The notes: generated by a model not told the origin, from the letters alone. A stretch of 32,000 bases of DNA from Bellilinea caldifistulae (GCF_001306055.1 NZ_LGHJ01000002.1:20754-52753); one strand, 5' to 3'. Counted from the first letter of the stretch, positions 6,659 to 13,789 are shown. Translations and numbers: made by a program.

Positions 6659-9004
6659 ATGGCGTTTACCCCCACTCACACCGACCGCTTGATCAATGTG
6701 GTGCTGGCGCTGGCGCAGTACCCCATCCTGAGCGGACGCATCCGCCAGCAGATGCGCCGCGAGTTGTTCGCGCGCGGCATCATCCAGCCGGCCGACTTTG
6801 AAAACGAGGTGCGCCGGTTGGCGATCCTCTCGCAGGAACGCGAAGGCCTGCGCAACCCGGTCGGCGAAGAACCCGCCGAGGTGTGGGAAATCCGGATCAG
6901 CCGCATTCGCGATCACCTGACCGATTTGCGCTTCAGCCAGCACCTGACGCTGGACGTGCTGGAAAACATCATCAGCGAAGTGCTGAGTGAACGCGGCATT
7001 GACATGGTCGGGTTGATGCTCTCGCTCAACCCGGAAACTGCCCCGCTGGATCTGGTCTTTGAACAGGCGATGACCATTGAACGCCTGCCGCCGGAGGAGC
7101 GCCAGAAGTACGAAGCCCGCCTTCAGGAAACCAAGGTGGTGCTGATTCGCAGCCTGATCAGCGATCAACTGCGCTACATCAACATTGCCAAGCGCTGGTT
7201 TACCATTGATGATTTGCAGCAAATCCGCCGCCACAAAATTGGGCCGGGGCGCATCGGCGGCAAAGCCGCCGGTATGCTGCTGGCGCACCGCATTTTACGC
7301 CAGACCAACTCGCTGGGTGAGGACACCTGCCTGATCACCCCCGATTCGTACTATGTCGGCGCGGACGTGTTCTACTCGTTCATGTCCATCAACAATCTGT
7401 TTCACTGGAATGACCAGAAGTACAAGACCGAAGCCGAGATGCGCGCCGATTACCCCCAGATTCTGCACGAATTCATGGAGGGGGATTTTCGTCCGGATAT
7501 TGCTCAACGGCTGGAGGCGCTGTTGGGCGGTGTTGGCAAACATCCGTTGATCGTGCGTTCGTCCAGCCTGCTGGAGGATAACTTCGGCACGGCTTTTGCC
7601 GGAAAATACGAGAGTGTCTTCCTGCCAAATCAGGGCAGTCCGTCCGAAAACCTGCGCGCTCTGACGAGGGCGATTGCCCGGGTGTATGCCTCCACCCTCA
7701 ACCCGAACGCCCTGCTCTACCGCCGGGCTCGCGGCCTGCAAGATTACGACGAGCGCATGGCAATCCTGATTCAGGTGGTACAGGGCGAACGTTTTGGGCG
7801 GTATTTTCTACCGCATGCCGCCGGGGTGGCTTTCAGCCGCAATTTATACCGCTGGGCACCTCAGATCCGCCGTGAGGAAGGTTTTGTCAGGCTGGTGTGG
7901 GGGTTGGGCACCCGCGCCGTGGACCGGGTGGGCAACGATTTTCCGCGCCTGATTGCGCTCAGCCATCCGCTCTTGCGTCCTTCGACCGACCCCAAAGCCA
8001 TCCGTCGCTATTCCCAACAGTACGTGGACTTGATTGATCTGGAGGATAATGCCTTCAAAACCCTGCCGGTGGGGGAGGTGCTGAAGGGAGACTACCCGGT
8101 GCTGCGGTATGTAGCTCAGGTGGAGGAAGACGGTTACTTTGCCTCCTTACGCTCACGCTATCTTGGCGATGGCAAACACCTGGTGTTGACCTTTGAAGAA
8201 TTGCTGCGCCGCACCCCTTTTGCCGAACGGATGCGTGATCTTCTGCGCACGCTGGAACGCCATTACGAGGCCCCGGTTGATGTTGAATTCACCCTCTCGA
8301 TTCACGAAAAGAACGGCGTGCCGGAATTGTGCATCACCATCCTGCAGTGCCGTCCGCAAAGCCAGTTGCAGGTGACCGCGGCAGCGGCGCTGCCCACCGA
8401 TTTAGATCCCCAGGATGTCATCTTCAAGACCCATTTTGTGGTGCCCGAAGGCACGCTGGAGCGGATTGACTACGTGGTTTTTGTGCCGCCGGAGGGCTAC
8501 TTTGGGCTGGAAAACCTGAACCTGCGCAATGAACTGGCGCGCGCCATCGGCCGATTGAACAGCGCGCTGGAAAACGAGCGTTTCATCTGCGTTGGGCCGG
8601 GGCGCTGGGGCAGCAGCAATTCCGATTTGGGTGTGCCGATTGATTACGGCGACATTTACCATGCCCGTGCGCTGGTCGAACTGGCCGGTCAGGGTTATGG
8701 CCTGCCGCCGGAGCCGTCCCTGGGGACTCATTTCTTCCAGGATCTGCTCGAGTCCCAAATTTACCCGCTGGCCATCTACCTCGATCAGCCCGGCAGCGTT
8801 TTTCGGCGCGAATTTTTCTACCACACGCCCGACCGGTTGAGTCAATGGCTCGAAATCCCGCCGGAGTTGAGCAAAAGCCTGCGTCTGATTCGCGTGGCCG
8901 ATTATCGCCCCGGTCACCATTTGGAAATTGTGATGAGCGATGAGAAAGGGGTGGCGGTGGCTTTCCTGCGCGCGGATGAGGACAATCAACCTACGAGATT
9001 TTGA
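6659..9004 (+). CDS. PEP/pyruvate-binding (PPDK N-terminal ATP-grasp-like) domain protein of unknown function
   Basis: 781 aa. GPGRIGGKAAGMLLAHRIL and IVRSSSLLEDNFGTAFAGKYESV resemble the nucleotide-binding domain of PEP synthase and pyruvate phosphate dikinase. No phosphohistidine swivel motif was recognised by eye. The N-terminal 190 aa and the C-terminal GPGRWGSSNSDLGVPIDYGDI...GTHFFQDLLE region are unassigned. Confidence 0.75.
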   Translation: MAFTPTHTDRLINVVLALAQYPILSGRIRQQMRRELFARGIIQPADFENEVRRLAILSQEREGLRNPVGEEPAEVWEIRISRIRDHLTDLRFSQHLTLDVLENIISEVLSERGIDMVGLMLSLNPETAPLDLVFEQAMTIERLPPEERQKYEARLQETKVVLIRSLISDQLRYINIAKRWFTIDDLQQIRRHKIGPGRIGGKAAGMLLAHRILRQTNSLGEDTCLITPDSYYVGADVFYSFMSINNLFHWNDQKYKTEAEMRADYPQILHEFMEGDFRPDIAQRLEALLGGVGKHPLIVRSSSLLEDNFGTAFAGKYESVFLPNQGSPSENLRALTRAIARVYASTLNPNALLYRRARGLQDYDERMAILIQVVQGERFGRYFLPHAAGVAFSRNLYRWAPQIRREEGFVRLVWGLGTRAVDRVGNDFPRLIALSHPLLRPSTDPKAIRRYSQQYVDLIDLEDNAFKTLPVGEVLKGDYPVLRYVAQVEEDGYFASLRSRYLGDGKHLVLTFEELLRRTPFAERMRDLLRTLERHYEAPVDVEFTLSIHEKNGVPELCITILQCRPQSQLQVTAAAALPTDLDPQDVIFKTHFVVPEGTLERIDYVVFVPPEGYFGLENLNLRNELARAIGRLNSALENERFICVGPGRWGSSNSDLGVPIDYGDIYHARALVELAGQGYGLPPEPSLGTHFFQDLLESQIYPLAIYLDQPGSVFRREFFYHTPDRLSQWLEIPPELSKSLRLIRVADYRPGHHLEIVMSDEKGVAVAFLRADEDNQPTRF

Positions 9005-9659
9005 AGCTCTCCAGCCCTTCCAGTTCGTTCATCTCGGTGGTAATCAGTTCGTATAAATCGGTCTTGCGGGAGCGGAAAGAAACCTCCACCTCCAGGCGTT
9101 TGTTTTTGATATTTTTACGGATGGAGACGATTTTGGCGTTGAGTTTGTGCTTTTTCCAGATTTTGTTGATGTCCTTGAGGGCATTCGGACGGTCTTGAAG
9201 ATGCAATTCCACGGTCACGGCTAAATCGGGGCCGAACAGTTTTTTCTCGGCCAGATCGAGCAATTCCAGCACCACCAGCAGCAAACCGGTGGCGGCGGCA
9301 GCCGGGATGTAGTAACCGGCGCCTACGGCCAGCCCAACGACCGCCATAGTCCACAGAGAAGCGGCGGTGGTCAGTCCTTTGACGTTGGGGCCGTAGCGCA
9401 AAATGGCGCCGGCGCCCAGAAAACCGATCCCGGAAATGACCTGGGCTGCCAGACGGGCCGGATCGCCGTTGGGAGCGTATTGGTGGAATTGCATGGCAAG
9501 GTTGATTGAAAGGGTCATCGCCAGCGTGGCGCCGACTACCAGGACGATGTGCGTGCGCCAGCCGGCCGGCTGGTTTTGTCGTTCGCGCTCGAAGCCGATG
9601 ACTGCGCCCAGGGCAGTGGCAATCAAAATTCGCACAAGGATATCGGTTTCACTGATCAT
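8991..9659 (-). CDS. mgtC: MgtC/SapB family membrane protein with a C-terminal soluble domain
   Basis: ORF 8991..9716 trimmed to ATG 9659 (GGAG 6 nt upstream). The product starts MISETDILVRILIATALGAVIGFERERQNQPAGWRTHIVL, the canonical MgtC N-terminus. The 3' end overlaps the convergent upstream gene by 14 nt. Confidence 0.88.
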   Translation of the reverse strand: MISETDILVRILIATALGAVIGFERERQNQPAGWRTHIVLVVGATLAMTLSINLAMQFHQYAPNGDPARLAAQVISGIGFLGAGAILRYGPNVKGLTTAASLWTMAVVGLAVGAGYYIPAAAATGLLLVVLELLDLAEKKLFGPDLAVTVELHLQDRPNALKDINKIWKKHKLNAKIVSIRKNIKNKRLEVEVSFRSRKTDLYELITTEMNELEGLESFKIS

Positions 9660-9746
9660 CTGGGTCTCCTGGAGGGAATAGAACAAATATTCTAATAATT
9701 TAGAAAACACACCCATCCCCTCCGCTTTGAGTATAGCATAAGCGCT

Positions 9747-9793
9747 GTTTCACATGAAACATCACCCAAAGTCAGATTCGTTTCACGTGAAAC
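9747..9793. promoter_or_regulatory. Two GTTTCAC(A/G)TGAAAC palindromes 33 bp apart at the mgtC promoter
   Basis: GTTTCACATGAAAC (9747-9760) has 6-bp arms. GTTTCACGTGAAAC (9780-9793) is a perfect 14-bp palindrome. On the minus strand a -10-like TATACT (plus 9730-9735) lies 11 nt downstream of the first site, so that site sits in the spacer and over the predicted -35 position of the mgtC promoter. Confidence 0.55.
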
Positions 9794-9796
9794 AAA

Positions 9797-9822
9797 ACGG
9801 GGCGAGCGCTTGCCCGCCCCGT
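9797..9822 (-). terminator. Rho-independent terminator of the ytrA-type ABC operon
   Basis: On the minus strand ACGGGGCG-GGCAAGCGCT-CGCCCCGT is followed by TTTTGTTT. It lies 20 nt downstream of the permease stop (9842). Confidence 0.65.
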
Positions 9823-9841
9823 CGATTCAGCCGGATTTCTG

Positions 9842-10603
9842 TCAGAGTTCCTGCCGGCGGAAAATGAGCCAGGCTGCCAGCAGCGCCGCCACCAGCATGC
9901 CGGTGCTGACCGCCAGACTGCCCCAGTAAGCCGTTTCCGGCTGAATGAACAGCGTTGCGCTCCATGTCACCAGCTGCGCCGGCAGGTAAACCGCCACCAT
10001 CTTGCTGATGCCGATCACGCTCAAGCCCAACAATACCGCAAAGGAAAGCCCGGCCGCCACGGCCTGACTGCGGCTGATGGTGCTGAACAGCAGGGTTAGC
10101 CCGGCGTAAACCATCGTGTACAGCCACAACAAGCCGTTCATCGCCACCCAGCGGTCAAAGGGCAGGAATTCAAACAGCAGACCGGTGTAATAATAGCCCG
10201 CCAGTCCGGAGATCAACAGGCTGAGGGCAAAAACCAGCCCAAACGCAGCCGCTTTGGCCATTAAGAACGCCCCGCGCGGGAGGGGTTTGCTCAGCACCAG
10301 CGCCGCTGTGCCGCGTTCCTTCTCCCCCGAAACCGATCCCATCGGCAGTAATATGGCAAACAAAATGGCAAATTGGCTCAGATTCTTGATGTACTGACCG
10401 ATTGCATCCACCACTGTTGGCGGCGGAATCAGTTCGCCGAGTGCTTCGCCTCCCGGAATGGCACCTAAAATCTGGGGGGTGAAGTAAGCCAGCAACGGCG
10501 AAAGCAAACCGAACAGGCTCAGGACGATCACCGTCACCAGCAGGCGGTAGGTGCGCCACTGCTCCCGCAATTCTTTGGATAGTGCGGCCCAAAACAGGTT
10601 CAT
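9842..10603 (-). CDS. ABC-2 type transporter permease
   Basis: 253 aa with six predicted hydrophobic helices. Its start overlaps the stop of the upstream ABC ATPase (ATGA). The N-terminal WRTYRLLVTVIV and central GEKERGTAALVLSKPL are typical of ABC-2 permeases. Confidence 0.8.
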   Translation of the reverse strand: MNLFWAALSKELREQWRTYRLLVTVIVLSLFGLLSPLLAYFTPQILGAIPGGEALGELIPPPTVVDAIGQYIKNLSQFAILFAILLPMGSVSGEKERGTAALVLSKPLPRGAFLMAKAAAFGLVFALSLLISGLAGYYYTGLLFEFLPFDRWVAMNGLLWLYTMVYAGLTLLFSTISRSQAVAAGLSFAVLLGLSVIGISKMVAVYLPAQLVTWSATLFIQPETAYWGSLAVSTGMLVAALLAAWLIFRRQEL

Positions 10604-11538
10604 CTGTGCACCTCTTCGTTGACCAGATTCAAAAAGACTTCTTCCAGCGAAGGCTTAACCGCCTCAAACCGCTCCACTGCCAGTCCACTTTCGGCCAGAG
10701 CCTGCAGCAACCAGCCGCGGGCATTTTCTACATCCCGAACGCGGATGCGGACGGCGTTTCCGTCCACCTGTACCTGTTCCACCATGGCTTCCCGGCCAAT
10801 TTTTTCGGCCCATTCGGTCAGCGGACGGTTACCGTTGGCGGTCACTTCCACCCGAAAGACCGGCAGGGCATAGGCAGCGGTCAGGTCTTCCTGCCGTGCC
10901 ACTCGCAGCATGCGCCCTTTGTGAATGATACCGACCGTGTCGCACACCCGCTCCACATCCGCCAGGATGTGAGTGGACATGAACACGGTACACTGGCCGC
11001 GCAGGCCGGCAATCAATTCCAGCACATCCCGCCGCCCGGCTGGATCCAGCGCCGAAGCGGGCTCATCCAGAAACAACACCTCCGGCTGATTGACCAGCGC
11101 CTGGGCAATTCCCAGCCGCTGGCGCATACCGCGCGAGAAGCCGCGAATTCGTCGTTTGCGAACTTCCCACAAGCCAACCTTTTCCAGCAGCTCTTCGGCG
11201 CGTTTGCGGCGGGCTGCCCCGCCCAGACCAAACAGCCTGCCAATGTATTCCAGAAATTCCTGAGCGCTCATCCAGCCGTAAAACGCCGGTTCTTCCGGCA
11301 GGTAGCCGATCCGGCGCGCCAGTGCGCCGTTATGACCAATTTGAACGCCAGCCACGCTGGCATGACCACCGCTGGGGTGCGCCAGTCCGGTGAGGATGCG
11401 GATGGTGGTGGTTTTACCGGCACCGTTCGGGCCGAGAAAACCAAAGATGCTGCCCGGTTCAACTTCCAGTGAAAGTCCATCCAGCGCACGCACCGCGCCG
11501 TAGGTCTTAACCAGATTTTCGATGCGAATGGCGCTCAT
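10600..11538 (-). CDS. ABC transporter ATP-binding protein
   Basis: ORF 10600..11616 trimmed to ATG 11538 (ATGA overlap with the upstream mini-ORF). The product starts MSAIRIENLVKTYG. It has Walker A GPNGAGKTTT, the signature FSRGMRQRLGIA and Walker B VLFLDEP. Confidence 0.92.
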   Translation of the reverse strand: MSAIRIENLVKTYGAVRALDGLSLEVEPGSIFGFLGPNGAGKTTTIRILTGLAHPSGGHASVAGVQIGHNGALARRIGYLPEEPAFYGWMSAQEFLEYIGRLFGLGGAARRKRAEELLEKVGLWEVRKRRIRGFSRGMRQRLGIAQALVNQPEVLFLDEPASALDPAGRRDVLELIAGLRGQCTVFMSTHILADVERVCDTVGIIHKGRMLRVARQEDLTAAYALPVFRVEVTANGNRPLTEWAEKIGREAMVEQVQVDGNAVRIRVRDVENARGWLLQALAESGLAVERFEAVKPSLEEVFLNLVNEEVHR

Positions 11539-11738
11539 TCTTCCTCCTTTCCAAACATCAGGTAGGCAATCGGGCCGAACAGGTTGACGAACAGGATGAC
11601 CAGCAGCCAGACCCACTTTGGCCCACGGGTGCGTTCGCGGCGCAGCAGATCAATCAGCGCCACCAGCATCAGCACCCCCTGCAGAATGACCACCGGGATT
11701 AAAAAGGGAAGGAAGCGGGTAAGTTCCTCGAAGTTCAC
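11535..11738 (-). CDS. PLDc_N-type small membrane protein (two TM helices)
   Basis: 67 aa: FLIPVVILQGVLMLVALIDLLRRE...KWVWLLVILFVNLFGPIAYLMFGK. This matches the phospholipase-D-nuclease N-terminal mini-protein often found in GntR-ABC operons. GTG start with GGAGGAG 5 nt upstream. It has 4-nt overlaps with both neighbours. Confidence 0.75.
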   Translation of the reverse strand: MNFEELTRFLPFLIPVVILQGVLMLVALIDLLRRERTRGPKWVWLLVILFVNLFGPIAYLMFGKEEE

Positions 11739-12679
11739 GATTTCTCCTCCGTGTGCTGCTGCGCCAGACTGACCACGCCGCTCAACCCGCCCAGATTCAT
11801 GGTGTCCACCGCGCTGGAGGGTACGATCACCAGCGCGCCTTTTTCTTTGAGGCCCTCGAAGAGCATGTTCATTGCTCGCAGGTGCAGCGCGGTCGGGTTG
11901 TTGATGTAAGCCTGCGAGGCCTGGGCAAAACTATCGGCAATTTGCTTTTCGGATTCCCCGAGGATGACCCGTGCCTGTCGTTCGCGCTCTGCCTGCGCCT
12001 GTCGGCTCATGGCGTCTTCCAGTTCCTGAGGGATGACGATATCGCGGATTTCGACACTCTGCACGGTGATTCCCCAGGGTGTGGTGCGCTCGTCAATGAT
12101 CTGCTGCAATTCGGCGTCCATTTTGGCGCGCCCAACCAGAATGTCGGAAAGCGGTTTCTGCCCGATCACCTCGCGCAGGGCGGTTTGGGCAGCCCAGGCA
12201 ATGGCGGTTTTGTAGTCCTCCACTTCCAGGGCGGCTTTTTCGGCATCCCACACAACCCAGAAGAGCACCGCATCCACATCCACCGGCACGGTATCGCGGG
12301 TGAGGGTCTTTTCGGCATTGAAGGGGGTTACCATGACGCGATGGTCAATCCAGGTCGAAACCTGATCCACCAGCGGGAGGATGAAGAAAAGCCCCGGGCC
12401 GCGCAGTCCGACAAACCGCCCAAAACGCAGCACGACCGCCTTTTCCCACTGCCGCGCCACCTGAATGGCAAACAGGAAGAAGAAGCCGATCAGCAGGAAA
12501 AGCAAGAAGATGGCTGCTGCCCAGCCCTCCGAAACGCGGTTTTCCAGGTAAATGGCAGCCAGCGTGCCGAGCACCCAGAAGATGACCGCCACGGCCACGC
12601 CGATTCCGCTGACGCGGAAGGGGAGTTCCCGGCTCAGGCGCGGTTCTAATTTCTCTTTACGCGATTCTTTCTTTTGCAT
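11735..12679 (-). CDS. SPFH/band-7 (stomatin-like, slipin) membrane protein
   Basis: 314 aa. Two N-terminal TM helices are followed by QWEKAVVLRFGRFVGLRGPGLFFILPLVDQV...VEIRDIVIPQELEDAMSRQAQAERERQARVI, the classical stomatin/PHB core. AAGGAG lies upstream of ATG 12679. Confidence 0.9.
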   Translation of the reverse strand: MQKKESRKEKLEPRLSRELPFRVSGIGVAVAVIFWVLGTLAAIYLENRVSEGWAAAIFLLFLLIGFFFLFAIQVARQWEKAVVLRFGRFVGLRGPGLFFILPLVDQVSTWIDHRVMVTPFNAEKTLTRDTVPVDVDAVLFWVVWDAEKAALEVEDYKTAIAWAAQTALREVIGQKPLSDILVGRAKMDAELQQIIDERTTPWGITVQSVEIRDIVIPQELEDAMSRQAQAERERQARVILGESEKQIADSFAQASQAYINNPTALHLRAMNMLFEGLKEKGALVIVPSSAVDTMNLGGLSGVVSLAQQHTEEKS

Positions 12680-12714
12680 GGCAAACTCCTTTGATCATGA
12701 TCTTCGAAAACGGC

Positions 12715-13125
12715 TCAATCCTCGGCCGTTTGCGTGTGATTCAATTGCTCGATCTGTGTTTCCAGCAGGGCGCGGATTTGATCCATACTGAAACCCAGCG
12801 CCAGCGCATCCCGCAGGTAGTGGCGGGTGAGTTGCTCAAATGCCTGCCGCCGCTCCCGCTCGCGGTTTTCCGCCTGTCCGGCCGACCAGATGTAGGTGCC
12901 ACGCCCTTGCTGGGTGGAGATCAGCCCCATGCTATCGAGAATGCGGTAGGCTCGGGCAACCGTGTTGAAGTTGACCCGTAAATCGGTTGCCAGCTGACGT
13001 ACCGTGGGTAATTGATCGCCGGGCTTCAGTTCGCCGCTCAACACCCGGTTTTGAATTTGTTCGACAATCTGGGTGGTGATGGGCGTTTCGGAACGAAAGT
13101 CAATGTGCAGGTTGAGGTTGGCCAA
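12715..13125 (-). CDS. GntR-family transcriptional regulator, short YtrA-like subfamily
   Basis: 136 aa. PITTQIVEQIQNRVLSGELKPGDQLPTVRQLATDLRVNFNTVARAYRIL is the GntR winged HTH. The short C-terminal domain and the downstream ABC genes fit YtrA-type regulators. TTG start with GGAGGA upstream. Confidence 0.88.
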   Translation of the reverse strand: MANLNLHIDFRSETPITTQIVEQIQNRVLSGELKPGDQLPTVRQLATDLRVNFNTVARAYRILDSMGLISTQQGRGTYIWSAGQAENRERERRQAFEQLTRHYLRDALALGFSMDQIRALLETQIEQLNHTQTAED

Positions 13126-13150
13126 ACCGTCCTCCGCATCGTGGATTAAA

Positions 13151-13193
13151 ATTGTATTATTGTATCATTGAATAATTGTACAAGATAATTATA
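13151..13193 (-). promoter_or_regulatory. Promoter and candidate operator of the ytrA-type operon
   Basis: On the minus strand TATAAT (plus 13188-13193) is followed by the palindrome TTGTACAA (13176-13183). The leader then contains further TACAAT/ATTGTA repeats (ATTGTAT at 13151-13157 and 13159-13165). Confidence 0.5.
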
Positions 13194-13336
13194 GAAAAGT
13201 CAAGGGTTGCTGGATTTGAGTCGGTCAGTTTTTGTTGCGCGGCTTCGCGCCGGTGGGTTGAGGTGAGGGTCATTTACAGGCGGCGCGGCGGTTTCCCCCC
13301 AAGCCGTTGCGGCGGCAAGGGCATGTCATTACGAGC

Positions 13337-13359
13337 CGCCGTCAGGCGGCGTGGCAATC
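13337..13359 (+). repeat. Left copy of a 23-bp direct repeat CGCCGTCAGGCGGCGTGGCAATC
   Basis: It matches 14974-14996 (CGCCGTCAGGCAGCGTGGCAATC) at 22 of 23 positions in the same orientation. It contains the hairpin GCCGCC-GTCA-GGCGGC (13335-13350). Confidence 0.8.
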
Positions 13360-13367
13360 AGAGCGGG

Positions 13368-13425
13368 GCGGCGGGCGTAAGCCCGCCGCAGGGCGGAGCG
13401 CATACCGGCGGGCGAAGCCCGCCGG
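13368..13425. repeat. Two perfect 9-bp-stem GC hairpins sharing the GGCGGGC/GCCCGCC stem
   Basis: GCGGCGGGC-GTAA-GCCCGCCGC lies at 13368-13389 and CCGGCGGGC-GAA-GCCCGCCGG at 13405-13425. They are separated by GCAGGGCGGAGCG, a 13-mer that recurs at 14339-14351. Confidence 0.8.
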
Positions 13426-13560
13426 TGAGCGTAGCCCGTCCCGCTCTTGGCGTGAGGCGCAAAGCCGAGCGGTTATGAGGGAGCAACAAGCGACCGAATG
13501 CGAGGCTTTGCAAGGGGAAGCCCCCCTTGGGGGGGCGGGGGTTTGAGGCGGGGGGGCAGA

Positions 13561-13656
13561 GTGAGGCGGGCTTTGCCCGCCGAACGGAATTATTTTAGGG
13601 GCGGGTTTAGCCGATTGCGGAGCGGAGCGGAGCAACGGCGTTTGAAACCCGCCCCT
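13561..13656 (+). repeat. Structured element A: small hairpin plus a long hairpin with a GCGGA-repeat loop
   Basis: GTGAGGCGGGC-TTT-GCCCGCCGAAC occupies 13561-13585. It is followed by a 12-bp perfect stem, AGGGGCGGGTTT (13597-13608) paired with AAACCCGCCCCT (13645-13656). The stem encloses ...GCGGAGCGGAGCGGAGC.... TACCTT follows. It is homologous to 14544-14624. Confidence 0.75.
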
Positions 13657-13670
13657 TACCTTATTCAAAA

Positions 13671-13720
13671 AAGGGCTTGTCCTTTGCGGGTGCTGGTGTT
13701 TCCGCAAGGTGCAAGCCCTT
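13671..13720 (-). terminator. Strong hairpin followed by a T-run on the minus strand, with no obvious gene to terminate
   Basis: The outer stem pairs AAGGGCTTG (13671-13679) with CAAGCCCTT (13712-13720). The inner stem pairs CCTTTGCGG with CCGCAAGG. The minus strand reads hairpin then TTTTTTGAATAA (plus A-run 13667-13672). The plus strand side has only GTTTTA. Confidence 0.5.
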
Positions 13721-13733
13721 CGAAGTTTTACTA

Positions 13734-13789
13734 CCATATATGGGGGTGTCAATTGTTACTTGTGCCATATATGGGGGATGTGGTAATTT
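13734..13789 (+). promoter_or_regulatory. Twin CCATATATGGGGG boxes and a candidate promoter of the small two-gene cassette
   Basis: CCATATATGGGGG occurs at 13734-13746 and 13765-13777, with starts 31 bp apart. The core CCATATATGG is a perfect 10-bp palindrome. The second box lies between a -35-like TTGTGC (13760-13765) and the extended -10 TGGTAATTT (13781-13789). ATG 13827 is preceded by GAGGAGG. Confidence 0.6.

Noticed and set aside
10582-12649. + strand ORFs 10582..11472 and 11753..12649
   Set aside because: They are antisense to the ABC ATPase and the SPFH gene, which carry Walker and stomatin motifs. Both are low-complexity shadow ORFs.
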